Below are positions 51,994-62,341 of a stretch of 64,000 nucleotides of DNA, in pieces. Source of the DNA: Patescibacteria group bacterium. GTDB taxonomy: Bacteria > Patescibacteriota > Minisyncoccia > Phycocordibacterales > EsbW-18. The notes beneath the pieces were generated by a model that saw nothing but the letters and a program-made list of their open reading frames with translations, did no database searches and was not told the DNA's origin. Position 1 is the stretch's first letter; every line of letters begins with the position of its first letter. Position numbers and translations under genes: made by a program. Location: assembly GCA_038064475.1 (NCBI GenBank), contig JBBTTA010000002.1:19195-83194 (forward strand). Reading direction: 5' to 3'.

Positions 51994-53121
51994 TTACTCA
52001 TCAACACCGGCTTGGGGACGCATAGCTTCTTGCGTCAAGCTCTGGAGCGAGAATCCGATCTCAGCGTCTTTGAGGTCGAGTTCACGATAGAGTCCGTCAT
52101 CGCGTCGTGAAAGGAGTGAAAACAGAGGGTCACTCATCGGCATAATGACTGAATGAGACGTGTCACCTCGCCACACGAACGGCGCATCTCGCACATACGC
52201 GACGAGTTCATCACCAAGAGAAAGAGACGTTTCCTCCTGCTCCCCGATCACAGTCAATGTGACCGTCTTTCTGAAACGAGACGTGTCTCCGGAAAGAATG
52301 TCGACGAGTTCTACGTCGACTTCGTAGTACGGAATCGCCGTGTACATCGTCTCGCCGTCTTCGCTCACATCCTCCCAGTATTCGCCCGAGTCCTGATTGA
52401 AACGTGTTTCCGAAATACCAACGACATAGCCATGAAGGACGGCAAGCGCGCGCTTCGCGCGCTCCTCTTTGGTGAGCGTCTCGTAGACGAAATCAAACCT
52501 GATTTCCTCACCAGCCTCAGTCTGTGATGCGCCCTCAAGTGCAGGAATGAACGAGAGCGTATCGTAGAGATGCTCCACGGCGTTCTCATCGTCATTCTCA
52601 AGCGTGCGAAAGTAGGTCTTTCCGTACGCATACGTCGCACACATCGTCGGTCGACTGAACTCAGACACAGACGAGCCACAGCGATAGCTCTGCGTGTGCG
52701 CAACACCCATCCCATGTCCGAATTCGTGCGTTGCGATGGAGCGAGCATCGAGTCGTGTCGACGACGGTGTCGACGAACCCGTGTACCACGACTCTCCAAC
52801 ATCGAAACGTATGCGAATCTTCGTAATCCACGAATTGAGTGTCCAGTGACTCACGTATGCATAGACACCCCCTCGCCCATCGATGTCGTAGAGGTACACG
52901 TCGTTCACACTGCCGTCGTTCGAGCGCCAATCGAAATCGGCGGGGTACTCCCACTTGCCCGATCCGTACGCGACAGCACTCTTCCAGCTCGACGACATCG
53001 TGTGTGCATCGTACGAGACAGACGACACCGGCCAATAGACACCATGCGTGTTGTAGGCGTGTACCGAAGTGATGCAGAAAAATACGAGAACGAGACTTAC
53101 CAACATCTTTTTCTGAAACAT
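51994..53121 (-). CDS. Secreted metzincin (matrixin/M10-like) zinc metalloprotease
   Basis: HEFGHGMGVAH is an HExxHxxGxxH zinc-binding motif. Signal peptide MFQKKMLVSLVLVFFCITSVHA. The ORF-track upstream extension was discarded. Confidence 0.65.
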   Translation of the reverse strand: MFQKKMLVSLVLVFFCITSVHAYNTHGVYWPVSSVSYDAHTMSSSWKSAVAYGSGKWEYPADFDWRSNDGSVNDVYLYDIDGRGGVYAYVSHWTLNSWITKIRIRFDVGESWYTGSSTPSSTRLDARSIATHEFGHGMGVAHTQSYRCGSSVSEFSRPTMCATYAYGKTYFRTLENDDENAVEHLYDTLSFIPALEGASQTEAGEEIRFDFVYETLTKEERAKRALAVLHGYVVGISETRFNQDSGEYWEDVSEDGETMYTAIPYYEVDVELVDILSGDTSRFRKTVTLTVIGEQEETSLSLGDELVAYVRDAPFVWRGDTSHSVIMPMSDPLFSLLSRRDDGLYRELDLKDAEIGFSLQSLTQEAMRPQAGVDE

Positions 53122-53339
53122 GTCTTTCTCCTTGTTGGTTTGAAAAGCATTTTGTTCTTTGCCTTCTGTTCTTTGTCCTCTGTTTTTTGCTTTCTGCTTT
53201 TTGCTCTCTGCAGAACCTCCTTTCTTTGTAAACGAACAAATCTGACTGTACTGTACGCACATGTGTTCAAGAAAATTTCAAAAGAAGCGGTTGACCAAAG
53301 CACCTTGCTGTCGTCTATCAAAAAAGGTTTCTGCGTGCT

Positions 53340-55301
53340 ATGATGCCTCCATCTATGCAGGCTTCCTCGACAGATAGTACACAGCCAACACGGCTTGAAG
53401 GCATCATCAGCACAACACAAAAAGGCATTGGATTCCTCAAACATCCCGACCTTACTGAAGACGTTCGTATTGAAGCTGGTTTTTTGAACGCAGCGCTTAA
53501 CCGCGATTTGGTTGAAGTACAACTCCTTCCCAAAGTTCCTGACATGCAACAGACAGGAGAAGTGGTGCGAATTATCAAGCGCGCCCGCACGAAGTTTGTT
53601 GGTGTTATTGAACACGAAAACGGTTTTGTGTTTGCGATGCCAGACGACCGTCGTTTCTACACAACGATTCTCCTTGATGAAAAAGCAAAGGAACTCGTGG
53701 ATGGCGACAAGGTGTATGTTGAAATGCACGAATGGACAGATCCTAAAAAACAGCCCCTCGGTACTGTGCTTGAAGTACTTGGACATAAGGGTGTGCACGA
53801 AGTTGAAATTCGCTCAATCATTCTTGAAAACGGTATTGATGATTCCTTCCCTGCCGCTGTTGAAAAAGAAGCAGAACAAATTCATCACGAACATCAGGCA
53901 CACACACCAGAAGACCTCGAGGGGCGTGAAGACGTGCGTACTGTTGCGACATTTACGATTGACCCTGCTGACGCAAAAGATTTCGACGACGCATTGTCTG
54001 TACAATTTTTAGAAAACGGAAACATGGAGGTTGGCATTCACATTGCTGACGTGACACATTACGTGAAGCCCGGAAGTGCTCTTGATACAGAAGGCAAGGC
54101 GCGTGCGTACTCGGTGTACCTTGTGGATCGCACCATTCCGATGTTGCCTGAAGTGCTTTCAAATGATTTGTGTAGTTTGAAACCTGACGTTGATCGTCTC
54201 ACCTTCTCTGTATGGGCTGTCATCGACAAAGATTCAAAGGTTGTAGGAACACGCTTCGGGAAAAGCATCATTCACTCACAGAAACGATTTACGTACGAAG
54301 AAGCACAAGAAATCTTGAATAAAGGTGAGGGTACTTTTTACAAAGAGCTCGTTGCACTTAATACACACGCAAAGAGTATGCGCGATCGCCGCATGAAAGC
54401 TGGTTCGGTTGACTTTGAACAACGCGAAGTAAAATTTGAACTTGCTGACGACGGAACACCATTGTCCGTCTACACAAAAGAACGTCTCGATACACACAAA
54501 CTTATTGAGGAGTACATGTTGCTCGCGAACTTTTCTGTTGCGGAACACATCATGGCAAACTTCGGCAAAAACAAACAGCACGTCTTTGTCTACCGCACAC
54601 ACGACCATCCTGACCGAGAAAAATTGAAAATCGTTGCTGAACTCGTAAAGGCAACCGGACACGAACTCCCCCTCTCTCCAAAAGGTGACGTCACTGGTCA
54701 AGCACTCAACAAACTCTTTGCAGAAATCACTGGCTTGCCTGAAGAAAACCTGATTAAAACAGCGGCGCTCCGTTCGATGGCAAAAGCGGCATACACCGTG
54801 CCCAACATTGGACACTTTGGTCTGGCAGCTCCTTCATACTCTCAATTCACGTCTCCTATTCGTCGCTACGCCGATATGATTGCGCACCGATTGCTCTTCC
54901 AAGCACTGACTCAAAACACCTTGCCGAACGACCAATGGGCGTTGTATAACAAAATTTTGAGTGATCTTTCTCAGCGCGAAGTAAACACGGTTGGCGCAGA
55001 ACGCGACTCAATCAAATACAAACAAGTTGAATACATGTCGTCACGTATTGGTCAGGTGTTCGACGGTGTTATCTCCGGCGTGTCTGAATGGGGTGTTTTT
55101 GTTGAAGAAAAAGAAACCCGCTGTGAAGGGTTGGTATCAGTACGCTCAATGAATGATGATTTCTATACATTTGACGCAAAGAAATTCCGTCTCGTTGGTC
55201 GTCGTAGCAATAAAACACTCTCTCTTGGTGACGTCATCCGCGTTAAAGTTGAAAAAACTGATTTGGATAGAAAGACCATCGACTACTCCCTGGTGCAGTA
55301 A
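53340..55301 (+). CDS. rnr: Ribonuclease R (RNB-family 3'-5' exoribonuclease with C-terminal S1 domain)
   Basis: Cold-shock/OB N-terminus. RNB catalytic region HFGLAAPSYSQFTSPIRRYADMIAHR. S1 domain at the C-terminus. Confidence 0.85.
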   Translation: MMPPSMQASSTDSTQPTRLEGIISTTQKGIGFLKHPDLTEDVRIEAGFLNAALNRDLVEVQLLPKVPDMQQTGEVVRIIKRARTKFVGVIEHENGFVFAMPDDRRFYTTILLDEKAKELVDGDKVYVEMHEWTDPKKQPLGTVLEVLGHKGVHEVEIRSIILENGIDDSFPAAVEKEAEQIHHEHQAHTPEDLEGREDVRTVATFTIDPADAKDFDDALSVQFLENGNMEVGIHIADVTHYVKPGSALDTEGKARAYSVYLVDRTIPMLPEVLSNDLCSLKPDVDRLTFSVWAVIDKDSKVVGTRFGKSIIHSQKRFTYEEAQEILNKGEGTFYKELVALNTHAKSMRDRRMKAGSVDFEQREVKFELADDGTPLSVYTKERLDTHKLIEEYMLLANFSVAEHIMANFGKNKQHVFVYRTHDHPDREKLKIVAELVKATGHELPLSPKGDVTGQALNKLFAEITGLPEENLIKTAALRSMAKAAYTVPNIGHFGLAAPSYSQFTSPIRRYADMIAHRLLFQALTQNTLPNDQWALYNKILSDLSQREVNTVGAERDSIKYKQVEYMSSRIGQVFDGVISGVSEWGVFVEEKETRCEGLVSVRSMNDDFYTFDAKKFRLVGRRSNKTLSLGDVIRVKVEKTDLDRKTIDYSLVQ

Positions 55302-55326
55302 AGATGCACTGCTAAAAATAAAGATG

Positions 55327-55370
55327 CCCGTCCAGCCCAAGTTCAAAAACTGGAGCTGGACGGGGCTTTT
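55327..55370 (+). terminator. rnr terminator, the fourth copy of the rnpB hairpin module, + CTTTTT
   Basis: CCCGTCCAGCCCAAGTT-caaaa-ACTGGAGCTGGACGGGG followed by a T-tract. Confidence 0.6.
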
Positions 55371-55852
55371 TAGGTCGTCGAAGAATGGAGGTCTGCCTCT
55401 GTTACCTTGCGAAGACGGTAAAACTTTACGAATACAATGAAGGTGCCCCACTCTTCTGAAAGACGAACCCTCGTCACCGAGTAACGGAGAGGGTGTCCAA
55501 GAAACGGGGGTTGCTTCTCCTCCTTGCGAGGAAGAACGAAGAGTGTGTCGTCAACATGTGCTTGGAGCTGACTCACACCACCTTTCGTATACCATCCTTC
55601 AACAAGATTGAGCTCGAGGATTTGTCCTATGAAGTACCTTTGCGGAGCACGCATACACTCCTTCCCGTTGATGACCGTGCGGATATCATCAACGTTCACG
55701 CGTGTCAGAGTTCCGTTCTGTCTGATGATGCGAGGACACTCGGCAAGCAGGTTGCCGAGCGTATCGCGCTCGACTCCCGTCCTCAATGCAACAATTTGAG
55801 CTTCACGGGAAAGCACAACTTCCTTTCCTCCAATGACAACGGATCTAATCAT
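55370..55852 (-). CDS. Hypothetical protein (160 aa), GC-rich islet
   Basis: Complete ORF. GC ~52%. No family recognised. Confidence 0.4.
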   Translation of the reverse strand: MIRSVVIGGKEVVLSREAQIVALRTGVERDTLGNLLAECPRIIRQNGTLTRVNVDDIRTVINGKECMRAPQRYFIGQILELNLVEGWYTKGGVSQLQAHVDDTLFVLPRKEEKQPPFLGHPLRYSVTRVRLSEEWGTFIVFVKFYRLRKVTEADLHSSTT

Positions 55853-55863
55853 CCATACCTCTC

Positions 55864-56199
55864 TTGTATCGTTTGTTTGAAAAAAGAGCGAGTGTTTTTG
55901 GTGAATACAATACCACGATAAAAACCCGCGTCAACGATACGCGTTCTCCTCGTAACAAGTGCTACAATATCTGTATGTTTGAACTTGATGGCATTGCGTC
56001 GTCTCTCACATCAACGAAAGCCTTATGGTGGCTCTGGGCACTCTTTGCAGTCGGTTTCATACTCTTGAGTGCAGTCCTCACCTACCACTGGCGCCCGTAT
56101 TACGCTCTTGATCCTCACGTAAAGGCGACAAGACTTGTACACCACATTGGCGGCTCGGTGCTCCTTATCATCGCGGCCGCTCTTCTTTTCTTTGCGTAA
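55864..56199 (+). CDS. Hypothetical membrane protein (111 aa)
   Basis: Three hydrophobic helices. Overlaps the start of the next gene. Confidence 0.35.
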   Translation: MYRLFEKRASVFGEYNTTIKTRVNDTRSPRNKCYNICMFELDGIASSLTSTKALWWLWALFAVGFILLSAVLTYHWRPYYALDPHVKATRLVHHIGGSVLLIIAAALLFFA

Positions 56200-56200
56200 T

Positions 56201-56749
56201 ATGAACGAGATACGACCATTGGTGCGCTTGAATCCCGGTGAAGAAATTCTCTTCATGATTCGCCGACATTTGTTCGTGTTTTATGCCCGACTTATTTCAC
56301 TCGTCGTCCTCTTTTTCATTCCTCTCTTTTTTGCAGTACTTCTTATTCGCTTTTTTGAAAATGTGTATGACGGATTGTCCGGTGGGCTCCTCTTTGGGTT
56401 CTTTTATATGCTCTGGCTTATCGTTCTGTGGTTTATCTTTTTCTTGCGCTGGACTGATTACTACTTGGACGTATGGATTGTGACGAATATGCGCGTTATC
56501 GACATCGAACACAAAGGTATTTTTAATTCTGAAGTCTCGACATTCCGTCTTGAAGAAGTTCGCGATGTAACGGTTGAGATGAAAGGTGTTGTCGCTGCAT
56601 TTTTGAAATTTGGAACAGTCACCATCCACACCGCTGGCGAAGGTGTCGATTTTATCATTAAAGACGCCGCACATCCGCTTGAGCTCAAAGAATCTCTGCT
56701 TCGTGCACAAGGAGCTCTGCTTGAAAAGCATCCGAGCTCAACAGTCTAA
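56201..56749 (+). CDS. Bacterial PH-domain (bPH_2/YdbS-like) membrane protein
   Basis: Two N-terminal TM helices, then a PH-like region (GEEILFMIRRH... VIDIEHKGIFNSEVSTFRLEEV). Start placed at MNEIRPL. Confidence 0.45.
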   Translation: MNEIRPLVRLNPGEEILFMIRRHLFVFYARLISLVVLFFIPLFFAVLLIRFFENVYDGLSGGLLFGFFYMLWLIVLWFIFFLRWTDYYLDVWIVTNMRVIDIEHKGIFNSEVSTFRLEEVRDVTVEMKGVVAAFLKFGTVTIHTAGEGVDFIIKDAAHPLELKESLLRAQGALLEKHPSSTV

Positions 56750-59038
56750 CTACTTTGCAACGGCGATTGCTTCGGTAAATGAGACTGAAAGGAGTTGCGA
56801 TGCGGCGTGTGCGTCCATCGTAACACCATAGAGCACACCTGCGCGCGACATGGTTTCTCGATTGTGTGTTATCAAAATGAGTTGTGTACGTTTTGCGAGA
56901 TTTTCAATCATGTCGCCGTAACGTTTTGAGTTTGCCTCGTCGAGTGCTGCGTCTGTTTCATCGAGGATCACAAATGGGGGCGGATTTACCTGTGACATTG
57001 CAAAAATAAGCGCAATTGAGGTCAATGCACGCTCTCCACCTGAAAGCATTTCAAGTCCGCGGATTTTCTTTCGTGGCAATGCAACCTTGATTTCTACGCC
57101 AAGCATTGGCTCTGTATCCTCATTGTCTGTTTCAGGAGAAAGTATCGGTTCACCGTCTTCGTCGTACATAATTTCTTTTTTCACTTTCTCTTTTACCAAT
57201 GCGAGTTCTGCTTCTCCACCACCAAACATAAGTGAGAAGAATGTCTGAAATTCTGTATTAATTTTTTCGACACCGCGTTCAAATTCAAGTGAGAGTGTTG
57301 TGTTCAATTCTTTGATAAGGCCTTCAAGCGAGTCTGCGGACGCATACAAGTCGGCAATTTCACGTTCCAAAAATGCATCGCGATCTCCCACTTCTTTGTA
57401 CTCTTTCATCAAATCGTCTGATCCTCCTAAACCTGATTCCTCGAGACGGATTTTCATGCGCTCAATGAGACGTTTTCGTTCGTGTTGTTCGTGACGGTCC
57501 TCTACTGGCTCATTTCTAAATGTTGCAACCTGTGCTTCATACGCAATACGTGTTCCCAAAAGCGCCGATGCTTCACCAATGTCGCGCTTCCATTCTTCCG
57601 TCTCCGCTTTAAGCGCATCTTCGCGTGCAGAAAGCGTCTGCAAAGAAAGACGGATGTCTTGCTGTACGCCAGAAAGCGCAAAGACTGTGCGTTCCATTTC
57701 TCGTCCCGAATCCTTGTCGTCTTCAATTGTTTTTTGAACTTTTTTGTATGTGTCGCTCAATGATGCTTCACGGGCTTCAATTGAATTGCGGTTTGAAAGC
57801 AATGTTTCTTTCTGTGCCATCAACTTTTTAAGCGTTGATTCAAGTTCTTTCTCCTCAGCATGTGGTGTATCGTCACCGCGAAAACGTTCAATAAGTGCAG
57901 TGAGTTTCTCTTTAAATGTGGCAACAATGCGCTTAAATGCGCCTACATCTTCTGAACTGCCGAGTGACTCAATATCCTTAAGAACGCTTGCGTGGAGCTC
58001 TGAAACCGCAGACCACGGCACCGTACGCAAATCTCCTTTCGCGCGTCGCTCCGCCTCGCGCTCAAGCTGTCGTTTTGTCGCAACGATTTCTCCTTCAATA
58101 CAACCTGTTTCTTCAGTAATGGTGTCTTTTTCTTTACGCACCGTACGAAGTTCTTCTTCTGCTTTCAAAAGATCATCTGATGTTGTGTCTTTTGTTTCAA
58201 GACGTTCCAATTCTTTGCGTGCATGTGTAAGTTCTTTCTCAACGGTATGCATGCGATCCTCAAGCGGTTTCTTTTCAGTACTCAACGCAGTACGTTCGCG
58301 CTCAATATGCACATGCTCGCGTGCAAAATATTCAATCAATTTTTCGGCGAGTTCGTTCGCCAATTCTTGTGCTTTCTCAATCTTTTGAACTTGTTTACTC
58401 AAAAACATGAGATGTGGTTTTATTTCACGACGCAATCCTTCTGCTTTCTCCAAATTCTCGCGTGTCTTCTCAAGTTTTCGTTCGCTCTCTTCTTTTTTGT
58501 ATTGATAGATTTTGAGACCAAGCGCATCTTCAATCATGCCCCGACGTTCACGTGTGTTAACGGAAAGCACGCGGTCTGCTTCACCTTGTGAAATGATGTG
58601 GTGCCCCGATGCACCAATGTGCGCCGCGGCCAATAATTCGATGATGTCTTTCAAACGCACTGGTGAACCGTTGAGCTGATATTCACTCGATGCGTCGCGG
58701 TGAATAATGCGCTCGATAATAACTTCATCAAAATCAATATCAAAAAGACGTCGTACCCCTGCTTCTGTTTCATGGGGCGTGTTATCAAATCTCAACTTTA
58801 CCGATGCACGGTTCGATTTTGGTGTTGAACGAGAGCCATTCCAAATGAGATCTTCCGTGCGGCGTCCACGCATCGACTTCATTGATTGTTCTCCTAGAAC
58901 ATATCGAAACGCTTCAGCAACGTTTGATTTTCCTGAACCGTTTGGTCCAACAATCGATGTGATGGGTGCTGTAAATGACAAAGACGCCTTTCCGGCGAAT
59001 GATTTAAACCCTGATATTTCGAGCGACTTCAAATACAT
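56750..59038 (-). CDS. smc: SMC-family chromosome segregation ATPase (short 762-aa form)
   Basis: N-terminus KSLEISGFKSFAGKASLSF...IVGPNGSGKSNVAEAFRYVLGEQS. Long coiled coil. C-terminal signature LSGGERALTSIALIFAM...FVILDETDAALDEAN. Confidence 0.7.
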   Translation of the reverse strand: MYLKSLEISGFKSFAGKASLSFTAPITSIVGPNGSGKSNVAEAFRYVLGEQSMKSMRGRRTEDLIWNGSRSTPKSNRASVKLRFDNTPHETEAGVRRLFDIDFDEVIIERIIHRDASSEYQLNGSPVRLKDIIELLAAAHIGASGHHIISQGEADRVLSVNTRERRGMIEDALGLKIYQYKKEESERKLEKTRENLEKAEGLRREIKPHLMFLSKQVQKIEKAQELANELAEKLIEYFAREHVHIERERTALSTEKKPLEDRMHTVEKELTHARKELERLETKDTTSDDLLKAEEELRTVRKEKDTITEETGCIEGEIVATKRQLEREAERRAKGDLRTVPWSAVSELHASVLKDIESLGSSEDVGAFKRIVATFKEKLTALIERFRGDDTPHAEEKELESTLKKLMAQKETLLSNRNSIEAREASLSDTYKKVQKTIEDDKDSGREMERTVFALSGVQQDIRLSLQTLSAREDALKAETEEWKRDIGEASALLGTRIAYEAQVATFRNEPVEDRHEQHERKRLIERMKIRLEESGLGGSDDLMKEYKEVGDRDAFLEREIADLYASADSLEGLIKELNTTLSLEFERGVEKINTEFQTFFSLMFGGGEAELALVKEKVKKEIMYDEDGEPILSPETDNEDTEPMLGVEIKVALPRKKIRGLEMLSGGERALTSIALIFAMSQVNPPPFVILDETDAALDEANSKRYGDMIENLAKRTQLILITHNRETMSRAGVLYGVTMDAHAASQLLSVSFTEAIAVAK

Positions 59039-59082
59039 GTCGCTTTATTATCGCAAAAATTTGGCTTTTTTTCCATGTGAAA

Positions 59083-59110
59083 AGGCCCCCGAGCAATGCT
59101 CGGAGGCCTT
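59083..59110 (-). terminator. Hairpin GGCCCCCGAGCA-atg-CTCGGAGGCC
   Basis: Downstream of the 59120 gene, upstream of the smc start. Confidence 0.4.
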
Positions 59111-59119
59111 GTAGCCGCT

Positions 59120-59569
59120 CTAGGCGGCGATGACGTGTCCCAACTTAGTGAGACGCTCGACCCCGCCGATGAAACAGGATACCTTCTCGAAGAACTCCTG
59201 AAGAGCCTGCCCATCGCCCAACTTGTCCTTCCACACGACGATAAGGTTGCCCTCCTGCGTTCCCACGAGAGAGTAGCGCTTTCCCACGAACGACTGGTTG
59301 AAGAAGCTCTTGTTGGAACGACTGATTCGTCCTCCCTCCAAGACCACACGGTCATCGGCCTCTCCCGAGATGTTTCTCGTGTAGTTGTCCTCACCGATGG
59401 CACCTTCGCCGATGTTCGGGTTAATCTCACCCAGTCCGTACGAGATGCGGCCGACGAAAAAAATCTCCCTCGGAAACTGCAACGCTACCTTAAAAAGCAT
59501 GATTTTCCTTTCTGTCCCTAACGGACGGTAAAAGATTGCATGAAGAACTACCGGCCTACAAAATACCAC
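59120..59569 (-). CDS. Hypothetical protein, GC-rich islet (start possibly MLFKVALQ at 59497)
   Basis: ORF from the track. GC ~55%. Confidence 0.4.
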   Translation of the reverse strand: MVFCRPVVLHAIFYRPLGTERKIMLFKVALQFPREIFFVGRISYGLGEINPNIGEGAIGEDNYTRNISGEADDRVVLEGGRISRSNKSFFNQSFVGKRYSLVGTQEGNLIVVWKDKLGDGQALQEFFEKVSCFIGGVERLTKLGHVIAA

Positions 59570-59633
59570 AAATTAATGTCGTAGTAAATAGAAACTGCCG
59601 GAACGCACGAGCGCGTTCCGGCAGAAAAACTTT

Positions 59634-60092
59634 TTACTTGTAGGCCTCGATAACCACAGGAGAGATGGTTCCTCCGTCGTGGCGAACCCCGAAGCAGACC
59701 TTGGTTGTGTTTGCATAGCTACCGCCTGTATCCGAAACCTCTCGGGTTCCGGTACGCACAACCCCAGCACGAACAACAGCGAGGACATGCAGTCCCCAAC
59801 CGCTGGGAACGAAGATGTTGGATAGAAAGCGAAGTTCTGATTCGACGGTCAAAATCTGTTTCCGAGAAAGAAGCACGTCCTGGACCTCGAGAACCCCCCG
59901 CCCTTTTTGCGGATGTTCGGCGAGAGAGATGAAATTCTCTAGGAATTCCTCTTTCTCGAGCTTCGAAAGATGCTGGTCGTCTCGAATCTCGTTGACGCCC
60001 TCGAGAAGCTGATCCAACTTGTACCAGCCCCAATCGGAGCCTTTGATCCTGTAGATCGCCGGAGCCACTAACCGTACGTCTTTGTTTCCCAC
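59634..60092 (-). CDS. Hypothetical protein (152 aa), GC-rich islet, GTG/ATG start
   Basis: Preceded by RBS AAAGGAGAAG and a canonical promoter (next feature). Confidence 0.45.
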   Translation of the reverse strand: MGNKDVRLVAPAIYRIKGSDWGWYKLDQLLEGVNEIRDDQHLSKLEKEEFLENFISLAEHPQKGRGVLEVQDVLLSRKQILTVESELRFLSNIFVPSGWGLHVLAVVRAGVVRTGTREVSDTGGSYANTTKVCFGVRHDGGTISPVVIEAYK

Positions 60093-60170
60093 TTCTTCTC
60101 CTTTATTATCGCCTCCCTGGCGACGGCCGTTGTGGAGAACAATCGGTCACATAACCGATTTCCATTCAGT

Positions 60171-60198
60171 ATTATATCATACATGTGTTGAAAGTCAA
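60171..60198 (-). promoter_or_regulatory. Canonical sigma70 promoter TTGACT-N16-TATAAT, with palindrome AATCGGT-tatgtg-ACCGATT in the leader
   Basis: Hexamers read on the minus strand. The palindrome is at ~60141-60160. Confidence 0.45.
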
Positions 60199-60199
60199 C

Positions 60200-60916
60200 C
60201 TACTTCCATCCACGTGCGTCGAGGCCTGCCTGTGCTGCGGCCTGCTCTGCTTCTTGCTTTGAACGTCCTTCCCCTTGTGCAATTTCAACGTCTCCCACAA
60301 AAACACCAATCGTAAAGAGTTTGTTGTGGTCTGGTCCGACTTCGCTCAACGTTTTATATGACGGCGTTACACCATCGTGCTCCTGCGCCAATTCCTGAAA
60401 ACGGCTCTTTGCATCGCGCCACAAATGTTTTTCAACAATGTCGCCCGTCAATGGCAATACATGTGCGTCAATAAAGTCTCGGGTAACATCGTAGCCTTGA
60501 TCCAAAAACATTGCGCCAACGAGCGCTTCAAATGTGTTCGCCAAAATGTATTGTCGTGCGCGGCCAGTGTCGCGCGCTTCACCTTTTGAAAGAAGGAGGT
60601 ATTCATTCATACCCAATCCTGTTGCAACGGTACCGAGCGTTGATGCATTCACCAACCCTGCGCGGTATGACGTCAAATCACCTTCCGCCTTTTCTGGGTA
60701 GCGCTTGTACAAAAATTCTGTCGTAATCAATTCCAAAACAGCGTCCCCCAAAAATTCGAGACGTTCATTGTGCTCGCGTTTGCCGTTTTTTTGTTCATTT
60801 ACGAATGACCGGTGTGTAAACGCAGTTTCAAGAAGACGTTTGTCACTAAACGTTACGCCTATTCTTTTTTCAAAATCTGCCAAAGTCATAGTGGTCATAT
60901 TATTTCTTTCCGGCAA
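60200..60916 (-). CDS. rnc: Ribonuclease III
   Basis: RNase III signature ERLEFLGDAVLEL. C-terminal dsRBD. Confidence 0.85.
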   Translation of the reverse strand: MPERNNMTTMTLADFEKRIGVTFSDKRLLETAFTHRSFVNEQKNGKREHNERLEFLGDAVLELITTEFLYKRYPEKAEGDLTSYRAGLVNASTLGTVATGLGMNEYLLLSKGEARDTGRARQYILANTFEALVGAMFLDQGYDVTRDFIDAHVLPLTGDIVEKHLWRDAKSRFQELAQEHDGVTPSYKTLSEVGPDHNKLFTIGVFVGDVEIAQGEGRSKQEAEQAAAQAGLDARGWK

Positions 60917-61850
60917 CGAGAATATTGATCGCTTTTGTAATCAAAGGCAAGATGTCATCGTAAATGTTGAGGTTGATGATTTCTGAGAGCTTAAACCAAC
61001 GTGCATCATCCAAACCACCTGATGTACCAAGGGTCAATTCTTGAAACGCTGCCTTCGCGAGATAGTAGTGCACCTGCTTTCGGCTTTTTCCACGTTCTGG
61101 ATGTGACGCAACGTATTCGTTTGAGCCCAAGTCGTCTTCAAGTACCACATCAACACCGAGCTCTTCTTTTATTTCACGCACCGTGCCCTCGCGAACATCT
61201 TCTTCCTTTTCAATTTTTCCTTTTGAAAGTGTCCAGTGGCCAAACACATCGTGCACAAGCGCTACGTAGATATCGCTTCCATTGTTGGCGTACACCACAG
61301 CACCGCCAAGTTTCTCGATTGGTAATTGATCAAACGGCACGTCCTGCATCTTCTTCTTTGACACTTCGTCTTTGCCCGGCTCGCCGATTTCTTTGTAGAC
61401 TGAACCCAACACACCATTTACGAAACGTCCTGATGAGTCCCCGCCGAATGTCTTTGCAAGTTCAATAGCTTCGTTGATAGCAACCTTTGCAGGCACATCT
61501 TTGCGATCGCCAAAGAGAAGCTCATATAAACCGAGACGCAATACGTTGCGGTCAATCGGCGCGATTTTTTCCAATGGCCAGTCTGGCGCAGCTTTTGAAA
61601 TAATAACGTCGAGATCTTTTTGTTTTGAGAGAACGCCCGCCGCGAGCTTCTCCATGAACTTCATATCCGCACCGCCTGATGCGTATTCGTCTGACAAACG
61701 TTTAAGGGTAGTTGCAATAGCACTCTTGTCGAGATTAGAAAAATCGACTTCAAATAAAGCCTGAAGAACAAGTGAACGTGCGAGGTGGCGGTTTGTCATA
61801 GGCGACACTTGTGTGCTGTTGCAAAGAACACGCGATACCGCCCCTTTCAT
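60900..61850 (-). CDS. nusB: NusB antitermination factor fused to a C-terminal Nudix hydrolase domain
   Basis: NusB: RHLARSLVLQALFEVDF ... AINEAIELAKTFGGDSSGRFVNGVL. Nudix box: GKIEKEEDVREGTVREIKEELGV (GX5EX7REUXEEXGU). Start placed at MKGAV, 2 nt after the rpmF stop. Confidence 0.7.
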   Translation of the reverse strand: MKGAVSRVLCNSTQVSPMTNRHLARSLVLQALFEVDFSNLDKSAIATTLKRLSDEYASGGADMKFMEKLAAGVLSKQKDLDVIISKAAPDWPLEKIAPIDRNVLRLGLYELLFGDRKDVPAKVAINEAIELAKTFGGDSSGRFVNGVLGSVYKEIGEPGKDEVSKKKMQDVPFDQLPIEKLGGAVVYANNGSDIYVALVHDVFGHWTLSKGKIEKEEDVREGTVREIKEELGVDVVLEDDLGSNEYVASHPERGKSRKQVHYYLAKAAFQELTLGTSGGLDDARWFKLSEIINLNIYDDILPLITKAINILVAGKK

Positions 61851-61851
61851 C

Positions 61852-62124
61852 TTACTTAGAGGAAGCGGCTGTATCGTCTGCTGTCTGCTTTGAAGGCTGC
61901 CCAATTGCGCGGAGCTTTGCTTGTTTACGAGCAAGACTTCGTTCACCAATACCCTTTACGTCAATAACTTGGCGTCCACGGTACTGACCACACGAAGGAC
62001 ATGCCTGATGACGAATGTGGCTTGCGCCACAGTTCGCACAGAGAGAAAAACGCGCTTCCGTAAGTGCGTGGTGGCTTCGACGGTTTCCCGTGTGCCCCTT
62101 CGTGTGTCGCATTCGAACTGTCAT
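61852..62124 (-). CDS. rpmF: 50S ribosomal protein L32 (with C-terminal extension)
   Basis: MTVRMRHTKGHTGNRRSHHALT ... CANCGASHIRHQACPSCGQYRGRQV matches the L32 pattern (RRSHHAL, zinc-ribbon C..C...H..C..CG.Y.GRQV). Confidence 0.8.
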   Translation of the reverse strand: MTVRMRHTKGHTGNRRSHHALTEARFSLCANCGASHIRHQACPSCGQYRGRQVIDVKGIGERSLARKQAKLRAIGQPSKQTADDTAASSK

Positions 62125-62165
62125 AGGTTTGTACTATAGCACGGGTCTTAAAACTGCGCAAAACA

Positions 62166-62296
62166 CGTTCGCATAGTCCTCTTGAAACGCACGGATAAAA
62201 GTAAGCTTACTTTTTCCTCGTGCTCGCGCCGCCTGCCTACCGCAGGCAGGTCGCGCTCGCAAGTCGTTTCAATAGGGATAAGCTCACTCTACCGTT
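62166..62296 (+). ncRNA. Unclassified structured element, copy 3 (opposite orientation, in the rpmF upstream region)
   Basis: CGTTCGCATAGTCCTCTTGAAACG-CACGGATAAAA-GTAAGCTTAC-TTTTTCCTCGTGCTCGCGCC-[CCTGCC..GGCAGG]-TCGCGCTCGCAAGTC-GTTTCAATAGGG-ATAAGCTCACTCTACCGTT. It shares its outer flanks with copy 1. The inner palindrome has a third sequence variant. The small hairpin is replaced by a longer one. Confidence 0.4.
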
Positions 62297-62341
62297 AGAT
62301 ACTCCAGTGAGAAGCCCCCGATAGTTACAAAACCCTGAGTG